64,000 nucleotides of DNA from Carcharhinus amblyrhynchos (GCA_965287045.1 OZ336872.1:123070001-123134000); one strand, 5' to 3'; positions 12,395-25,547 are shown, numbered from the stretch's first letter. Numbers and translations: made by a program. The notes: generated by a model from the letters alone, not told the origin.

Positions 12395-12655
12395 TCCATG
12401 GAAACCCTGCTATGCTGAAGGAGGCCATTCAGCCCATTGAGTCTGCACTGACTTTCTGAAAGATGTCTTATTCAGGCCCACATCATCGCCCTATCCTCCT
12501 AATCTTGCGTATTTGCTGAGGCTAATCCACCTAACCTACACATCTTTGCTCCAGTTTCATCCCACAGTCAGACATGGGTAGAAAGTGCAAACTTCACGCA
12601 GACAGTCACCCAAGGCCAGAACTGAACCTGGGTCTCTGATGCTGTGAGGCAGCCA
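12395..12655 (-). mobile_element. V-SINE (HE1-like), internally deleted
   Basis: Reverse complement matches the head and tail of the 61013 copy; a partial copy also lies at about 44245-44410 (+). Confidence 0.75.
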
Positions 12656-13679
12656 TTTTCTCTGCAAGGTTAGATGGAACAAGTTCGAAGCAGAAGCTAG
12701 GCCATTAGCATCACATTTCAAAATTAACTGTACCAAGGCAGGAGAAGATTTGACATCATGTAACATCACAGAGCAGGGGGGAGAGAAAATAATAAAAGGT
12801 TTTTACTTCATTGGAATATGGCCTAGTCCCAGAATATTATTTTTCAACATTAGTACATTATATAGTGCAAGAATTTATACCTAACATTTCCAGTGGTTAT
12901 ATACAAAAACAGGAACAGGGGACATCATGACTATCTCCAGAGGCTAAAATTAAACTTAACACCCCTCATGACATCTTGTCTTCTTTAAAATATTAGAAAT
13001 AGCATGTCAGGCCATGCAGTTATCATACACTATTACAATGTTGAAATGCTGCACGCTTCTGAAACCTGTAATGACGAACACATTCTGATTTGTGAAGTTA
13101 GCCGAATGAATAAGGAACAACTTGAATTGCTTATTAATACTATCACCTCCAAATCAAAAGGCTGAGAGTTCAAGACCCACTATCGACAGGTTATCTTTAA
13201 AAAAATACATATCAGCAGATCTATTTAATTCACAAAGGGATATGAGAAAAACGAGGTGATGGGGATATAGATTCCATAATTGATGTAGTTATGGATGAAT
13301 TGTGGGAAAGCATTGAACTTAATGGACCAAATCACCTTTTCTAATTTCAAGCTTTGCCAGGCTTGGGAACAATTACAAGGCAGTGAGCAAATTTTCATTA
13401 AGAGCTCAGCTGAAAAGACAGGTGAAATGCGATTCAGTTCATAAAATTCATTAGAAACACTAATCTTTGCAAACACTTCCAAGCGTCTGCTGTTCATTAA
13501 ATATTTGGGCACAAATTTAAGTGGCTCATCCCACATCCAAGAATAAATTGCCAAATCCTAGAAATTATTTAAGTCAGAAATTGGGTAATCAGGCTTAAAA
13601 TAAAAGGGCAATAAAGAAATGCTGTAATGCTGTCACAGTCAGAACATTTCTATTTGAATTGTCTCCATGCAAAGCTCAC

Positions 13680-13769
13680 CAGCTCCAGGACTGCACACCA
13701 TGATAATAATAGTGCAAAATCCATTGTATTGCTTGAACATAACATTCTGCTTGTTGAGCAAGAAATTCA
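13680..13769 (-). CDS. XRN1: XRN1 exon 13 (90 nt)
   Basis: EFLAQQAECYVQAIQWILHYYYHGVQSWS; cag acceptor, GTGAGC donor. Confidence 0.95.
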
Positions 13770-13854
13770 CTGTTGGAAGAAAGAAATAAAGAAAGAAAAT
13801 GTTACCACATGTTGCCAAGCAATAAAAAATTCTAACTCTAAAAATTCTAATTCC

Positions 13855-13956
13855 AGCTCTGACGAAGGATCATCCAGACTTGAAACATTGGCTCTATTCT
13901 CTCTCCACAGATGCTGTCAGACCTGCTGAGATTTTCCAGCATTTTCTGTTTTTTGT
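13855..13956 (+). mobile_element. Penelope-derived terminal repeat with a hammerhead core and ~16-bp TSD
   Basis: AGCT-CTGACGA-AGGATCATCCAGACTT-GAAA-CATT-GGCT; flanked by TAAAAATTCTAAYTCC. Confidence 0.75.
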
Positions 13957-14750
13957 TAAAAATTCTAACTCCTGGCTTTAAACCTATTTGGGTGCTGAGG
14001 ACACTGATTTCTGCATATCCCAAATCAGATTTTTTGGCATTTTTTTCACTCCCCACTACCCCTGGATGCTCCCCAGCATTTTGCCAAAGTATAAATTCTT
14101 CACATGCAAGTATCAAACAGTGAGTGGCAGCAGCCTATTCAGGCATTAGGTTAAGCTCAATGCTCTTTTCAATTGACAAACATTTGTACAAAGTGTACAG
14201 TAACATTTCTTCAGATACTGGAAGTGCAAATACCAGCTCCAGTTCCTTAGCAGGCATTTCTTTGACCTCTAACCTGTTCTTCGCATTGGAAGCACAGTTT
14301 AGTAATTTCAGTGCTCTTGATTCTTTGTTGTAGTTCTGCAGCCAGATCAAAACACAATGCAAACAGCAGAGTCTTGTAATTTCAGGGCTTGTAGCTCAAG
14401 GGTATAGTCAAACATTATGAATTAAGTTTCTCTTTGAACTCTGGGGGAAGGAGTCAGCCACCTGCTCCTCCTCCCCTAGAACGTTTGAAGCCCTCCCTTG
14501 CAGCGTCAACAAAGTAGCAACCCAAATCCTAATTATCCAAAACACTTCCCCACGCATATTTACTGATTCCCCCACCTACCCTCACATGACAAGTGATACA
14601 GTCCTGCTATTGCAAGACACCTCAGCTTCACCAAATGGGCAACCCTAAAATCTGCATCATCTGTTTAGGAAACTTTTTTCATTCCTCATAGAAAATACAA
14701 TCATGCGATTAAATAATAATTCAGATGGAGGGAAAACAAAACTCACTTAC

Positions 14751-14871
14751 TCAGAAACAACTTCTACACCCATCTTTGTCATGTAATAAACTCTCTTGTA
14801 CTGCCTGAACTCTGTTTCAAATAAATCATCCTCATCCTCATTGTCGTCATCATTGACATCATCCAAGATAT
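14751..14871 (-). CDS. XRN1: XRN1 exon 12 (121 nt)
   Basis: ILDDVNDDDNEDEDDLFETEFRQYKRVYYMTKMGVEVVS; cag acceptor, GTAAGT donor. Confidence 0.93.
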
Positions 14872-15414
14872 CTGGAATAAGTTGAAACATTCCACATGTA
14901 AGTTGCCCACCATAAAAAAGATTGCAATTTGGTCGTGTCTAAGTCTATTGCACTAAATGCAAAAACTGAATAGGACAGGATTTTTTGATTTGATTTATTA
15001 TTGTCATGTGTATTAGCATAGCGAAAAGTATTGTTTCTTGCGCGCTACACAGACAAAACAGACCACACATCCAGAAGGTGAGGGCGCAGAATGAAGTGTT
15101 ACAAGAGTGAACTGTTACATCTGGAGTAAAATAAGTCTTCATATTAAAATATAACGGAAGCCAGAAAAAGAAAATCAGTGTAATATTACTTAACTAATAT
15201 AAGTAAATTCAAAACCAACACTGAAATTTAATGAGGGAGAAGTTGATCATTGACGAATGGCGCACAGGCAATGTAGATAGTGTGATGCTGCCTGCCCCCG
15301 GGAAACCAAGTCTACAAAACATTTCTCCCCTTTGCTTTAGCGAGATCTTAAGAAGAAACTGAATAATTGGCAGCAGTTTCAGAGTGAAAGCCTTCATTTG
15401 TTGCTCATGCCTAC

Positions 15415-15505
15415 CTTTGTGATTTAATTCAGTATTGCAATGTGAACAGGCTTCTGCCTCATTTTCACCTTCATCTAATACAGCTAAACACAGATCATCT
15501 CGAAT
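15415..15505 (-). CDS. XRN1: XRN1 exon 11 (91 nt, variable linker)
   Basis: IRDDLCLAVLDEGENEAEACSHCNTELNHK; strong poly-T cag acceptor, G|GTAGGC donor; phase 0 to 1 links exons 10 and 12; weak similarity to human NSLCWTALDKNEGE. Confidence 0.82.
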
Positions 15506-18096
15506 CTGTAAACAAAAAAAAACATTTTTCTTTCCCAGTAAAGCTCCCTTTAAGAAAAGCAGAGCATTAATTTCTCCTTGAACAGAGGCAATATTCCTGT
15601 ATAACTATTCAATAGGCACATTAGCATTGGAATGAATTAATATCCACTGATTTTGTTCTACTTTTTTCTCCAGATTAACTTCTTTTTCGTAAGCCATTAA
15701 TTACATAGCAATCTATCAGATTTAATGAAAATCATGTGTAAAATGGTTACAAGTAGATGAATAAATTGTGGCTCTTCTGGACAAAAATGCATGGGATTAT
15801 TATAAGACTATTTTCTGAACCTTCAGTTAGTAGATAATTTATCTCAAGCAAAAGCTACTCTAACAATGGGATGTTTGGACACATCATAAGTGAAATTAGA
15901 AAGATTTGTAAACCAATTTGGATGAAAACAAATGTATACTTGACAGGGAAACTGATGTTTAATGATTTGTTTTCGTTTAGCTTACATACAAAGTATGTTG
16001 AGCCAATATGGTTTTATGCTGAATTCTGGGGCAATAGTTCATAGCATCATACTCAAACTTGGCAAGGAGAAAAAAAATGCCCTTAAGCTAGTGATACAAG
16101 ATGTCAAAAGTTTGAACAATTATTGGTATGGAACTATCCACCTCCTTCACAATTAAAATGATCAGTTCTGTTCTGTAAGTCCGAGTGTGCAAAGAGAAAC
16201 ACATATTAAAACTTTCAGCCTTGTGCGTTAAATTAGTGTAGTTTAACTTTTATTTAAGGCAGTCATTTTATTTCACACAATGTAGCCATCTTTGATTTCC
16301 TAAGTTTAGAAGTTCTGCATTTAGCTGTTGTAACACTAGTTGTTTTAAATTTAATATATCAGTTAGTTGAATGTGTTGTTATATTTAGCATATTTCCAAG
16401 CATTGATTATATATGTATTTTATGTAGACTGTTATTGCTGTAACTTAAGTTTTACAAAACTATTAAGTTTAACTGTCTCGTACCAAACACCAACAGATAT
16501 AACAAAACATACTATAGTAAAGCAGTTCTCTCAACAAAACCACATTGATAAGCACCTGTTTTAATGAAATGAGCTATAGATTTAATGGATGTCTAATTGA
16601 TCTAAGTTCACAAACACATGCTATCCTAAGTAAAAGCAGACATGAAAACTATTCTCACTCATATTCTGTATATATTTTATATTACTACTTTGTAGACTTG
16701 TTTATTAGTATTAAGATAAGCAATTTCATCATTGTTTTAAAAATAAAGTAACTTATTCCAAGTAAACAGTGAGAAGTGGCAGCAACTTCAAATAACCTGT
16801 ACAAAAGTCACTGATAAGGATCCGATTTAATAGCAGTTAAGTGAGGCTTTAAGAGCTCAAGATATCAATCATGAAGACATGACAGGGAATGGACAAATGG
16901 CCAAGATATCAAAATGTTCTTTCATCTTAGTGAGAAGTAACAGAAAAACTGAGGGGGATGGTCCCACAAGTAATTGACACCTTAGGAGGGCCAGTCAGGG
17001 GACAACGGGGAATTACATCAATAGCTGATCATCATCCTTGAGAAATTAATAAACTGATCATTCTCAACTGGACCAATCACACATTGATCAAGCACTCCTC
17101 AAACCAATTAAGAATTAGCCCCACCTCATTTAGGCCAATTAGAATTGATCACACTGTGGGCTGTGGCTTGAAATGAATTAAAAGCAACAGCTTTCACTGG
17201 GCAAGGTGTGCAGAAAGTGACTACTGCTGCAAGGAAGCAGAAGTTACAGAGATTGAATGTCAATTTGCGCCAAGGCTGAACTGGAAAGCAAGAGCCATGG
17301 TATGCTAGTAAAGTCCTGCCTTGTCTTTAACAGGTATAAATTTACAACTTAAAAGATTTTGAGAGCTACTTCACCAAATTGTCTCCTGTTGCCAAAATGG
17401 TTACAGTCTCAAATGAACATAATTGGAATTTAAATTCAAATAATACCTGGAACTTACAATTTCTCTGCTGGATCATTCCAACCATGGTCATCCTACTGCA
17501 GACAGTTTAATGACCAACGAAAAGGTTGTTATTAATACCTCTGCAACACCCCACTGAATATGAAAAATGGACAGCTTTTATATTAAATTAATTACTCAAT
17601 ATTTTAGGCACCTGCTGCCCTTGAATTTAAGTGAGATTATTTTATGACTTGGCGCAATAGCAAGGTCTCTGTCATGCTGCATCAATTGACTGAGATGATT
17701 GAATAGTCAATGGAGTGCAGGTTTCCGTGCTGTGACTTGGAAGCAGTCAAGGGATGACAACATACAACACATCATGCCAAGCTTGAATTTATTCACAAGA
17801 GGATGGGAAAATCTTCTGGAATTTTGCTGGACAATCTTTAAGGATTAAGAAGTACTGCTGAATGTTCCTTTGGGGAGTTGAAATGATTTTGGTACAATAA
17901 CTTGTAAATAGTATGTGATGGTTTGATTGGCCAACTGACCTTCAGTAATTCCTTACATCAATTAGAATTACTTCAGCACTTACAACTCAGCGAATAGCAC
18001 TGGATTAAAGTATTTAACTTTTTCACAATTATAGTATTAGTAACTTAAGATTGCTTCTGATAACTACCGAATGCAGAATAAGAATCAGAAGTATAC

Positions 18097-18228
18097 CTTG
18101 TTTTTCTTTTTACGTCGTTTTGCTTCCTCTGCTGCAATGCCTGCTGCCTCATTGAGGTACTTTTTACCCACTTTACTTTCAAACCACTTTAGGTCAACAA
18201 AAACTTCACTGAAATGTTCACGATCAAA
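18097..18228 (-). CDS. XRN1: XRN1 exon 10 (132 nt)
   Basis: FDREHFSEVFVDLKWFESKVGKKYLNEAAGIAAEEAKRRKKKNK; cag acceptor, GTATAC donor. Confidence 0.93.
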
Positions 18229-18318
18229 CTGCAAACAAATAGATATGTTATCTTTAATCAGGCAAAGTTTCAACAAAACAAAATTAAAATACACCCAAAT
18301 GTTACCTGATGAAGAGCT

Positions 18319-18321
<3 letters not shown>

Positions 18322-18350
<29 letters not shown>
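18322..18350. repeat. (AC)n microsatellite
   Basis: About 14 AC units, roughly 95 nt upstream of the XRN1 exon 10 acceptor. Confidence 0.95.
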
Positions 18351-18352
<2 letters not shown>

Positions 18353-20212
18353 ATATATAAACCAAATATAGTTAAGATACAAGCATCTCCTCAGAATGCA
18401 GAAGGACCTGGGCCAATTTGCACAAGATGCCAGAAAGCATACCAATGTTTCGTTGTGGCTAAATGCTTGCTCCAGCAAGCCTTGTTTAACAACAAGGTGG
18501 GGGAATAAGACTCACTTTAAAACCATTTATTGAATTATAAACAAAAATACCCAAACAAATAATCCTTGAATAAGGAGGAACAAAACCTGCACCAGGACAA
18601 TATTCACATCATTCCTAAAAGGTTTATAGATGGAGCTTTTAACCCTACCCAAAATATAAGTTTAACCAAAAGTCATTTGCACGAAGCCACTTCCATTCTT
18701 ATTTGTTGTTCTCACAGAAAGAGTGATGCCATACTTACGAATTTTTCCACCCTATGGTACAACGCCAATTAGGGCTATAGTAAAGTCCATGGTGCATAAT
18801 TTCTAAGGCTCTTAATTTTCGCCTCTTAAGCTAGATAGCCAAATTATATTTGGACAATCAACTTCAATTTGTCTGACTAGTGATGTAAGTTTTCAATAAA
18901 AGCACACAGGTTCTTTTCGCAAGTCTCAACTGCAGCTAGCACCATATGAATGGTGATTAAAAAGGTTCATACCCATGGTACCCAATCTTGGATACTTTTT
19001 AAGGAAGAGGGGAATGCAATCAAATGCTAAGCAGATCGCTGGTTCTCAAACCAGGGTTTACAGATCACTCAAGGCCAATAGTGACTTTCCAGATCGTCTG
19101 CAAAATAATGCTACTGCCCAGGCCATTATGGCCAAGAACAAACAAATGAACCACGGCCAGAGCAAGGGGCAGTAATTACACCCCCACGTCTCAGAACAGA
19201 GTGGTCTGTCTGTCTCATTTTGGAGGGGAGTGCACATGGACTGACAGAGAACATGAAGATAGAGATCTGCAGTGACCAAGGCTGGCAGTGGACACAAGGT
19301 GAGCTCAGCCTTGTTTGACAGAAGGGAATTTCTAAAAATATTTATGTGCTACATACTTGAACTCAAAGAAAGGGTGCCAAAAGTACAAATTTGCCGAGGG
19401 AGCCATTTTTCTTAAGGCCGGCTGTGTCAATGAGCATATAGGTAAAAATATTGTCAAAGATCACAGCAACAATAGATGGGCTCTGATATATGTAAACAAA
19501 TACCCATTTTCTCAAAAACATTTAATTCTTTACATATAGCACTTGCGTATTAAGTTTTACTCAATTGGATATTTATAATTTAGATAGGTGGCATTTGTGA
19601 TTACTAATCTATTTGAAAAGGATTCACGCAACCAAAAAAGTTGGACAACCACCAAAGTAGAAGTCAGAACCTTCCCACGTGGAAATAAAAATAGGTGGGT
19701 AGAATATCATTCTCCATTTTCTAGAGCCTGATGCAAGACTAACAAAGGCTTTGGGAACGGTCATTTCTCACTCCGCCTGCTTGGATGGGAAAAGCACGTC
19801 AAGATTTTTTTTACTTAAGGGATGGGCACACAAAGGAAAACAAGTGACTAATATTCAGAATCAACATAAAGGCTTTTATTGCTAACAATCTGTTTGCTGA
19901 GTTTAATAGCTGTCACATATATTGGTGTTAGCAGATTATAAATAAAATTCTCCAGAAACATCAAGTTTGGAAGCATAGAAATTGTAATTATAATGCTTCA
20001 TGTGCTTTCTTTAAACTCAGGACAAGTGGACTCAACTGTAAAATTACACAAATTTGCTATTAGATATTACTAGAATCTTAGTAACAAGGATGCAATATTT
20101 TGCTTTACTCTTTAAACAGGCCAATTCAAACAAATTTTCTGGCTAAATTATGTGAACTGCAAAACCAGTTCAATAAAATAATGTGCAAGTGATGGAAACA
20201 ATGCATGCTTAC

Positions 20213-20280
20213 CTCTGACAGTTTTACAAGATACTTCTCAAAGTGTTCCAAATTTAATGTTCCGCCTTCATTAATATACC
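20213..20280 (-). CDS. XRN1: XRN1 exon 9 (68 nt)
   Basis: YINEGGTLNLEHFEKYLVKLSE; cag acceptor, GTAAGC donor. Confidence 0.94.
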
Positions 20281-20393
20281 CTGATCAAAAGAAAATATTT
20301 TCACAAAGCACTTATTTGCCTATGAAACAATGAATTTGAAATCATGCTCAAATAAATCATTTTTTCTATTAGTGTTTTGTTTCACGCACTCAC

Positions 20394-20562
20394 CTCCAAG
20401 GGTTGGCAGAACCTCAGTGTATGTCTTGTATAGCAAAGGCAGTGCATCATGATTGATGTGTAAATGAGGTAGGTGAGGAATAAAATCATTACCAACAAGA
20501 AACCCCATCAATATCCAGTCGTCAATTATTCGTTCAAGGTCATACTCAAAGCAAATCTTGTC
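20394..20562 (-). CDS. XRN1: XRN1 exon 8 (169 nt)
   Basis: DKICFEYDLERIIDDWILMGFLVGNDFIPHLPHLHINHDALPLLYKTYTEVLPTLG with the GNDF catalytic Asp; cag acceptor, GTGAGT donor. Confidence 0.96.
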
Positions 20563-21709
20563 CTGTTAATTGAAATAAAGCACAAACAGTTTATTTAAAC
20601 ATGATCAAAGTGCTAAAGCACATACGGCAGGGCAGCACAGTATCAGGTTTAATGCACTAGCACATTACTACAGATAAGGTAGGAATTAATCCTTAGATCA
20701 GACTATTCTATTGGCTGATTAATTAGAAGATGGACAAGGTTTAATGGTCTGCTTGCCACAACTGCTGAACAATTGGAGAGGGAAGGGGAAAGAAGATTGG
20801 AGAAGTAGGAGTTCTTCCCCATAGAGAAGGGTGAGCGATTTGATAGAGGTGATCAAAATCACCTTAGGTTCTGGACATGGAAGAAGAAACAGTTTCCATT
20901 GGTAGAACAGTTGAAAATCAAAGGACGCTAATTTAAAGGTGAATGGCCCAAGAGCCAAAGGCGACATGAGGAGAAACTTATTTAGGACCTGGAATGCATT
21001 CTCTCAAGGGTAATTGGATACAAATTAATTCAAAATAGTTTTCTCTGAAATGTACATTAATAACAAATGAACTTTACAGTTTGATCATTCAGGCCTATTT
21101 GAAAACTAAACCTTTCTTGACTTGATTATCACTTATTAAGTAATGGATACTGAACTTCCCCTCCACTTCACATGAACCCTAACTAGTAGAACTACGACAA
21201 CATATAGCAGTTCTACAGACCAACTTGCCATCCAAAAAATAAACCTAAAGCACTTAATAATCTAAGCCAGGTTTGTGCAATTTATAATAAATAATTGTAC
21301 AGAAGCACTGACAGAAGCTTTGGAAGAAGTTGTCAATATACATGCAGAGAAGTAATCCAGATTTATTTAAAAATAAAATGACACATTCTCAATTTATCAC
21401 ATTTTAAATTGAAGATGGATAGAATTATTAATACACCAATTCGTAGTACATCCAATCATGAGACAGGCTTACTTGTGTACTCCTGTCTCTCGGTTCAGTT
21501 TTGTTCCAATATATTGTAGGCAAAGTGTTGCTCAGAGTAAATCTAAACAGTTTGTAGAAGCCTTTATCCAAAGGCGTCAGGCAGGGGTTACAGGCACCAG
21601 AGACTGTGGACAGTAAACTAAATTCCACCAGTAAGGGGTACTTCATGTACTGCCCATCTTTAGCCGGTTAGAAGGCAGAATGAGGGAGATGAACATAGAA
21701 CATAGAACA

Positions 21710-22252
21710 CTACAGCACAAACAGGCCCTTCGGCCCACGAGTTGCGCCGATCACATCAACACCTACCAACCTACAGACCTATCTATAACCCTCAATCTCA
21801 TTAAACCCCATATACTCATCCAGAAGTCTTTTAAAAGACCCCAGCGAGTTCGCCTCCACCACCACTGACGGCAGCCGATTCCATTCACTCACCACCCTCT
21901 GAGTGGAAAAACTTACCCCTAACATCACTTCTGAACTTCCCTCCTTGCACCTTAAATCTGTGTCCTCTCGTAGCAACCATTTCAACCTGGGGAAATAGCC
22001 TCTGAGAGTCCACCCTATCTATTCCTCTCAACATTTTGTAAACTTCTATCAGGTTGCCTCTCAACCTTCGTCTCTCCAGGGAAAAGAGTCCCAGCTCCCT
22101 CAACCTAACTTCATAAGGCATGCCTCCCAGTCCAGGCAACATCCTTGTAAATCTCCTCTGTACCCTCTCAATAGCTTCTACATCTTTCCTATAGTGAGGC
22201 GACCAGAACTGCGCACAATACTCTAAATGAGGCCTGACAAGGGTCTTATGAA
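21710..22252 (-). mobile_element. CR1 LINE 3' fragment (second subfamily)
   Basis: KTLVRPHLEYCAQFWSPHYRKDVEAIERVQRRFTRMLPG; tail reads CATAGAACATAGAAC on the plus strand. Confidence 0.92.
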
Positions 22253-22358
22253 ACAAAGACTAACTGCTGCATTATCTCCTTATATACCATTTATATATAA
22301 ATGGTATAGCTCAGCACTGTCCTTTTCTTTAAGAACAAATTCCAATCCGAATACTGAC

Positions 22359-22446
22359 CCGTACAGATGAAAACTCATAGTCAATATACTCTCTCATTAG
22401 GGACAGGTGCAGTAAGTGAAACGTAGTTTCTTCAACTGCAGTAATT
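22359..22446 (-). CDS. XRN1: XRN1 exon 7 (88 nt)
   Basis: ITAVEETTFHLLHLSLMREYIDYEFSSVR; cag acceptor, GTCAGT donor. Confidence 0.94.
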
Positions 22447-22751
22447 CTGAAACAAACAAACAAACATGATTAAGAAATATTGTGCATCAAAAATCAACAT
22501 AATAAAGGACAATTATAGCTCCTGAAATAGCCAAAGATTTTTCTTCTCAGGAAGGAAAGAGTTGGATAGCCCAGGGCACTATTACACAGCATGTCGTGTT
22601 TAGAGTATTAAACAACCTCTGGGAAGTAATCTGAGCTGACAAAGGAAACACTACAGAAGAAAAATGGGAGAAATTATGCATTTTAAGAGAGGAATCAAAT
22701 AAAGTTTTGTTTAAAGCCTGAAGAGTTCTTTAAATAGTACAAAGATCTTAC

Positions 22752-22837
22752 CTCTTCTGTGACTTCCTGCCACCAAATCGAACTTCTTCCCTCAAAAGGG
22801 AAAAATTTGGTTCATGGCTTGTTAATCCAAGCATAAT
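22752..22837 (-). CDS. XRN1: XRN1 exon 6 (86 nt)
   Basis: IMLGLTSHEPNFSLLREEVRFGGRKSQK; aag acceptor, GTAAGA donor. Confidence 0.94.
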
Positions 22838-23685
22838 CTTTGGTAAACACAAATATCAGTAATTTAGTTGTAGAAAAGTGTGTGAATTACTTTTTTTCTT
22901 TAAAGCTACTTGTGACTACAATGAAAGTCCTTATTCCAATCACAGTGAAATTATGCAAAAATGCAAATAATTGAGATATTGCAAAGAACAATATTACAAA
23001 ATGTCAGAATGATTTTGTATTTCTTAAAATAAAACTATTCAGTCTCAAAATGTAATTAATAGTACAATATTAAGTTATTGAGTTTTAAGTTACAAAGTGA
23101 CAGTGAAATACCAACTTTACCATCCACTGACACAACCATTTTACTGTGGGTAGCAGACCACATGTTATTGTGAGTGGCCAACTGGCAGATCACATGCTTC
23201 CAACCCTAAAGTAATGCATCACTTTGAGCGATTTATTCAGCCATCAATTATGATGAGTAATTACAAATTCCCAACTTGGGAGAGACTAAAGCAACATCAG
23301 GAAAGTTAACAGTCCAGTTGTATTTCCCACAGCAAAATACCAGTAACTGTACTTCTCAATTTACCTTTTAACTATCACAATTTAGAAAGAGTTAATCATT
23401 ATATACTAATTCAGAAAAAGTGAAAAACTTTTCAAAAGTTTTAAATAAATTCATTCATAATAAGTAACGGTGCAAATCAAATCCAGCATTGAAAGATCCT
23501 TCATAAAGAGCCATTGGTCAAGTTACTCTAACCTCGATGGTATTGCAAATGGTGAGTCAGGATCAAGTGTAAACTGGAGGGTGGGGTGGGGAGAAGAGAA
23601 AGAGACACCAAATATTTTTCATCAAATATGTAGACGTTACTAGATAAAATGAATTTTTTTTCCTTCTAGATGAAATAATACATAC

Positions 23686-23796
23686 TAAATCAGCATCCAG
23701 TCCATACAAACAGTGTCTTGTATTGGGATCATGATCAGGTTTTGTCGTTTCAGCTCTAATAAATTCCATGATTTTGTGTTCTCCTTCCCCTGGGGT
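23686..23796 (-). CDS. XRN1: XRN1 exon 5 (111 nt)
   Basis: [14 protein letters not shown]...[10 protein letters not shown] with catalytic E176/E178 and D206/D208; tag acceptor, GTATGT donor. Confidence 0.96.
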
Positions 23797-24160
23797 CTAG
23801 CAATAAAAACAAGATATTATAATACAGAAATATGTGACAAGCACAGTCACATACTGTAACCCTGTTTGTTATCCTCACTTGGTGTGGGAAGAAAAATTGC
23901 TGACTAAAATACAATAGCTTAACTACCGATGTCGAATGTTGACATGGAGTTCGTTCCATCTCGAGATCCAAATCAACTGATATGCGATATTGAGCACAAA
24001 AATAAGAAAGACTAAATGCATTATCGTCTATTTGCATATTAATAAATAGGGATTAATATTTTATATTAAGTATAACAAATAAATATATTTCTCAATACAA
24101 ATTATTTACACAAAACAAAAACAAATTTCTTCAATCCACACAAATGGTATTAAACAGAGT

Positions 24161-25239
24161 TAGGGCTGGTGCAAGTGTGTTTGTTAGGTGCCCTAGACAA
24201 ACTTTCAGCCTTGGATACCCCTATCCACCCCCCCTCCTGCAATTAACTTTTGAAAATTAATATTGTGCATTATTATGAATAAAAATTCTGTACTTATAAT
24301 TAGATGTATTTTACATGAAAAAGGTGACAGAGATTGTACATTCTCCTTGTTCTACACTTTCCACAGTATATGTACAATGAACAACAATGTCTCATGATGC
24401 AAGTGTTCCTGCGACAATCACGAGATGATTTTGTGCAATTTACATAATCAACAGTCATTACAAGAGTGGGATAGATCAAATTAATTATTTGATATTGTTT
24501 ACTGGTTCACAATTTTGGAATAAGAGTGTACACAATTGTAAAACTCAAACTGAGGAAAATAAAATGAAATTCTGCAATTTGAGTACAGGTCAAATATCTA
24601 ACTGATCAGTCCAAAAACCACACTTCATTAACCTTTAGCAAGTGTCTGACTCAAACTGACACACACCTCACCGACTGCACCCAACCATTTGTGTAGGAAG
24701 TCTAGTTGTTGATCTGCACTTTTTAACCTTGCAAATCCACTAGTATATGCACAGAGTGTGTGTGTGGGTCAGAGAGACACAAAGCAAGCGAGCAAGCAAG
24801 AGAGAAAGACTTACTCAGTCTCTGGTTTTTCCCATTCTCACCACCTCACACAACACATGCACCCAACTCAGTGGGTAAGGCTGAGTGAGTAAGCACCCCA
24901 AGACTGGGAATGACCCAGACACACACACTGACCCTCTCACCTGGTTATTTCTATCAATTACTCTTTCTTAACGTGTCACATTAATGCTATAATACTACTT
25001 TTGTTCAGCAACAGGCCGAAAACTGCATGCTGAAATTCAATTGCCCTGAGGGTTTTCAGATAAAGGATACTCAACCTACAGATGGAAATCTATTAGTGTG
25101 CTAGTATAAAAGTACATCAGCAGAACTAGATCTTTCATTCCCACTGCTGAAGCACATTTGTTGAATAGTTCATTCAGGTTTTTGCATCCCCCAGCCCAAA
25201 TTTACCATTCTAGGTGACCAAGTTGTTACACCAGTCCTG
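24161..25239. mobile_element. Possible non-autonomous hAT-like DNA transposon (~1.08 kb)
   Basis: Imperfect TIRs: left TAGGGCTGGTGCAA...GTGCCCTAGA; right end reads CAGGACTGGTGTAA...GTCACCTAGA on the minus strand; no clean TSD. Confidence 0.45.
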
Positions 25240-25547
25240 TACATGGGTTAAAAATTTGCTCAAAGTTGCCCGATCCCAAATAGGATTCCAATCGCTAACA
25301 AATGTAGAATAAATGAAGATCCAAGGACATTGTTGTAATAGTGATAAGTAAATCAACTGCACATTTGTTCATTTTTTCTAGTACAATTTTCAACATCATA
25401 TTTTCTGATTGCTAATGTTTTTTAAGCAAAGTTGCCCTCTGGCAAGATTCCTTCAGAAATTAACTCCCATGCCAGTTTAGCAAATGCATTTCTTCTCCAT
25501 TCAGTTTGAGGAAAGAGATAGTTTTAGGCTAGTTAGTATTTAATTAC

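Noticed and set aside
17380-17960. Possible decayed transposase (STAECSFGELK, resembling hAT ERSFS or Harbinger motifs)
   Set aside because: A single short motif among stops; cannot be supported without a profile search
18086-18096. XRN1 intron-10 donor GTATACTT as a U12-type site (GTATCCTT)
   Set aside because: Mismatch at the critical +5 C; no TCCTTAAC branch site before the exon-11 acceptor, which has a typical U2 poly-T tract
18071-18508. 145-aa plus-strand ORF and the other short ORFs in the track
   Set aside because: Antisense shadows of real exons, microsatellite or repeat translations, or chance ORFs without recognisable domains or splice support
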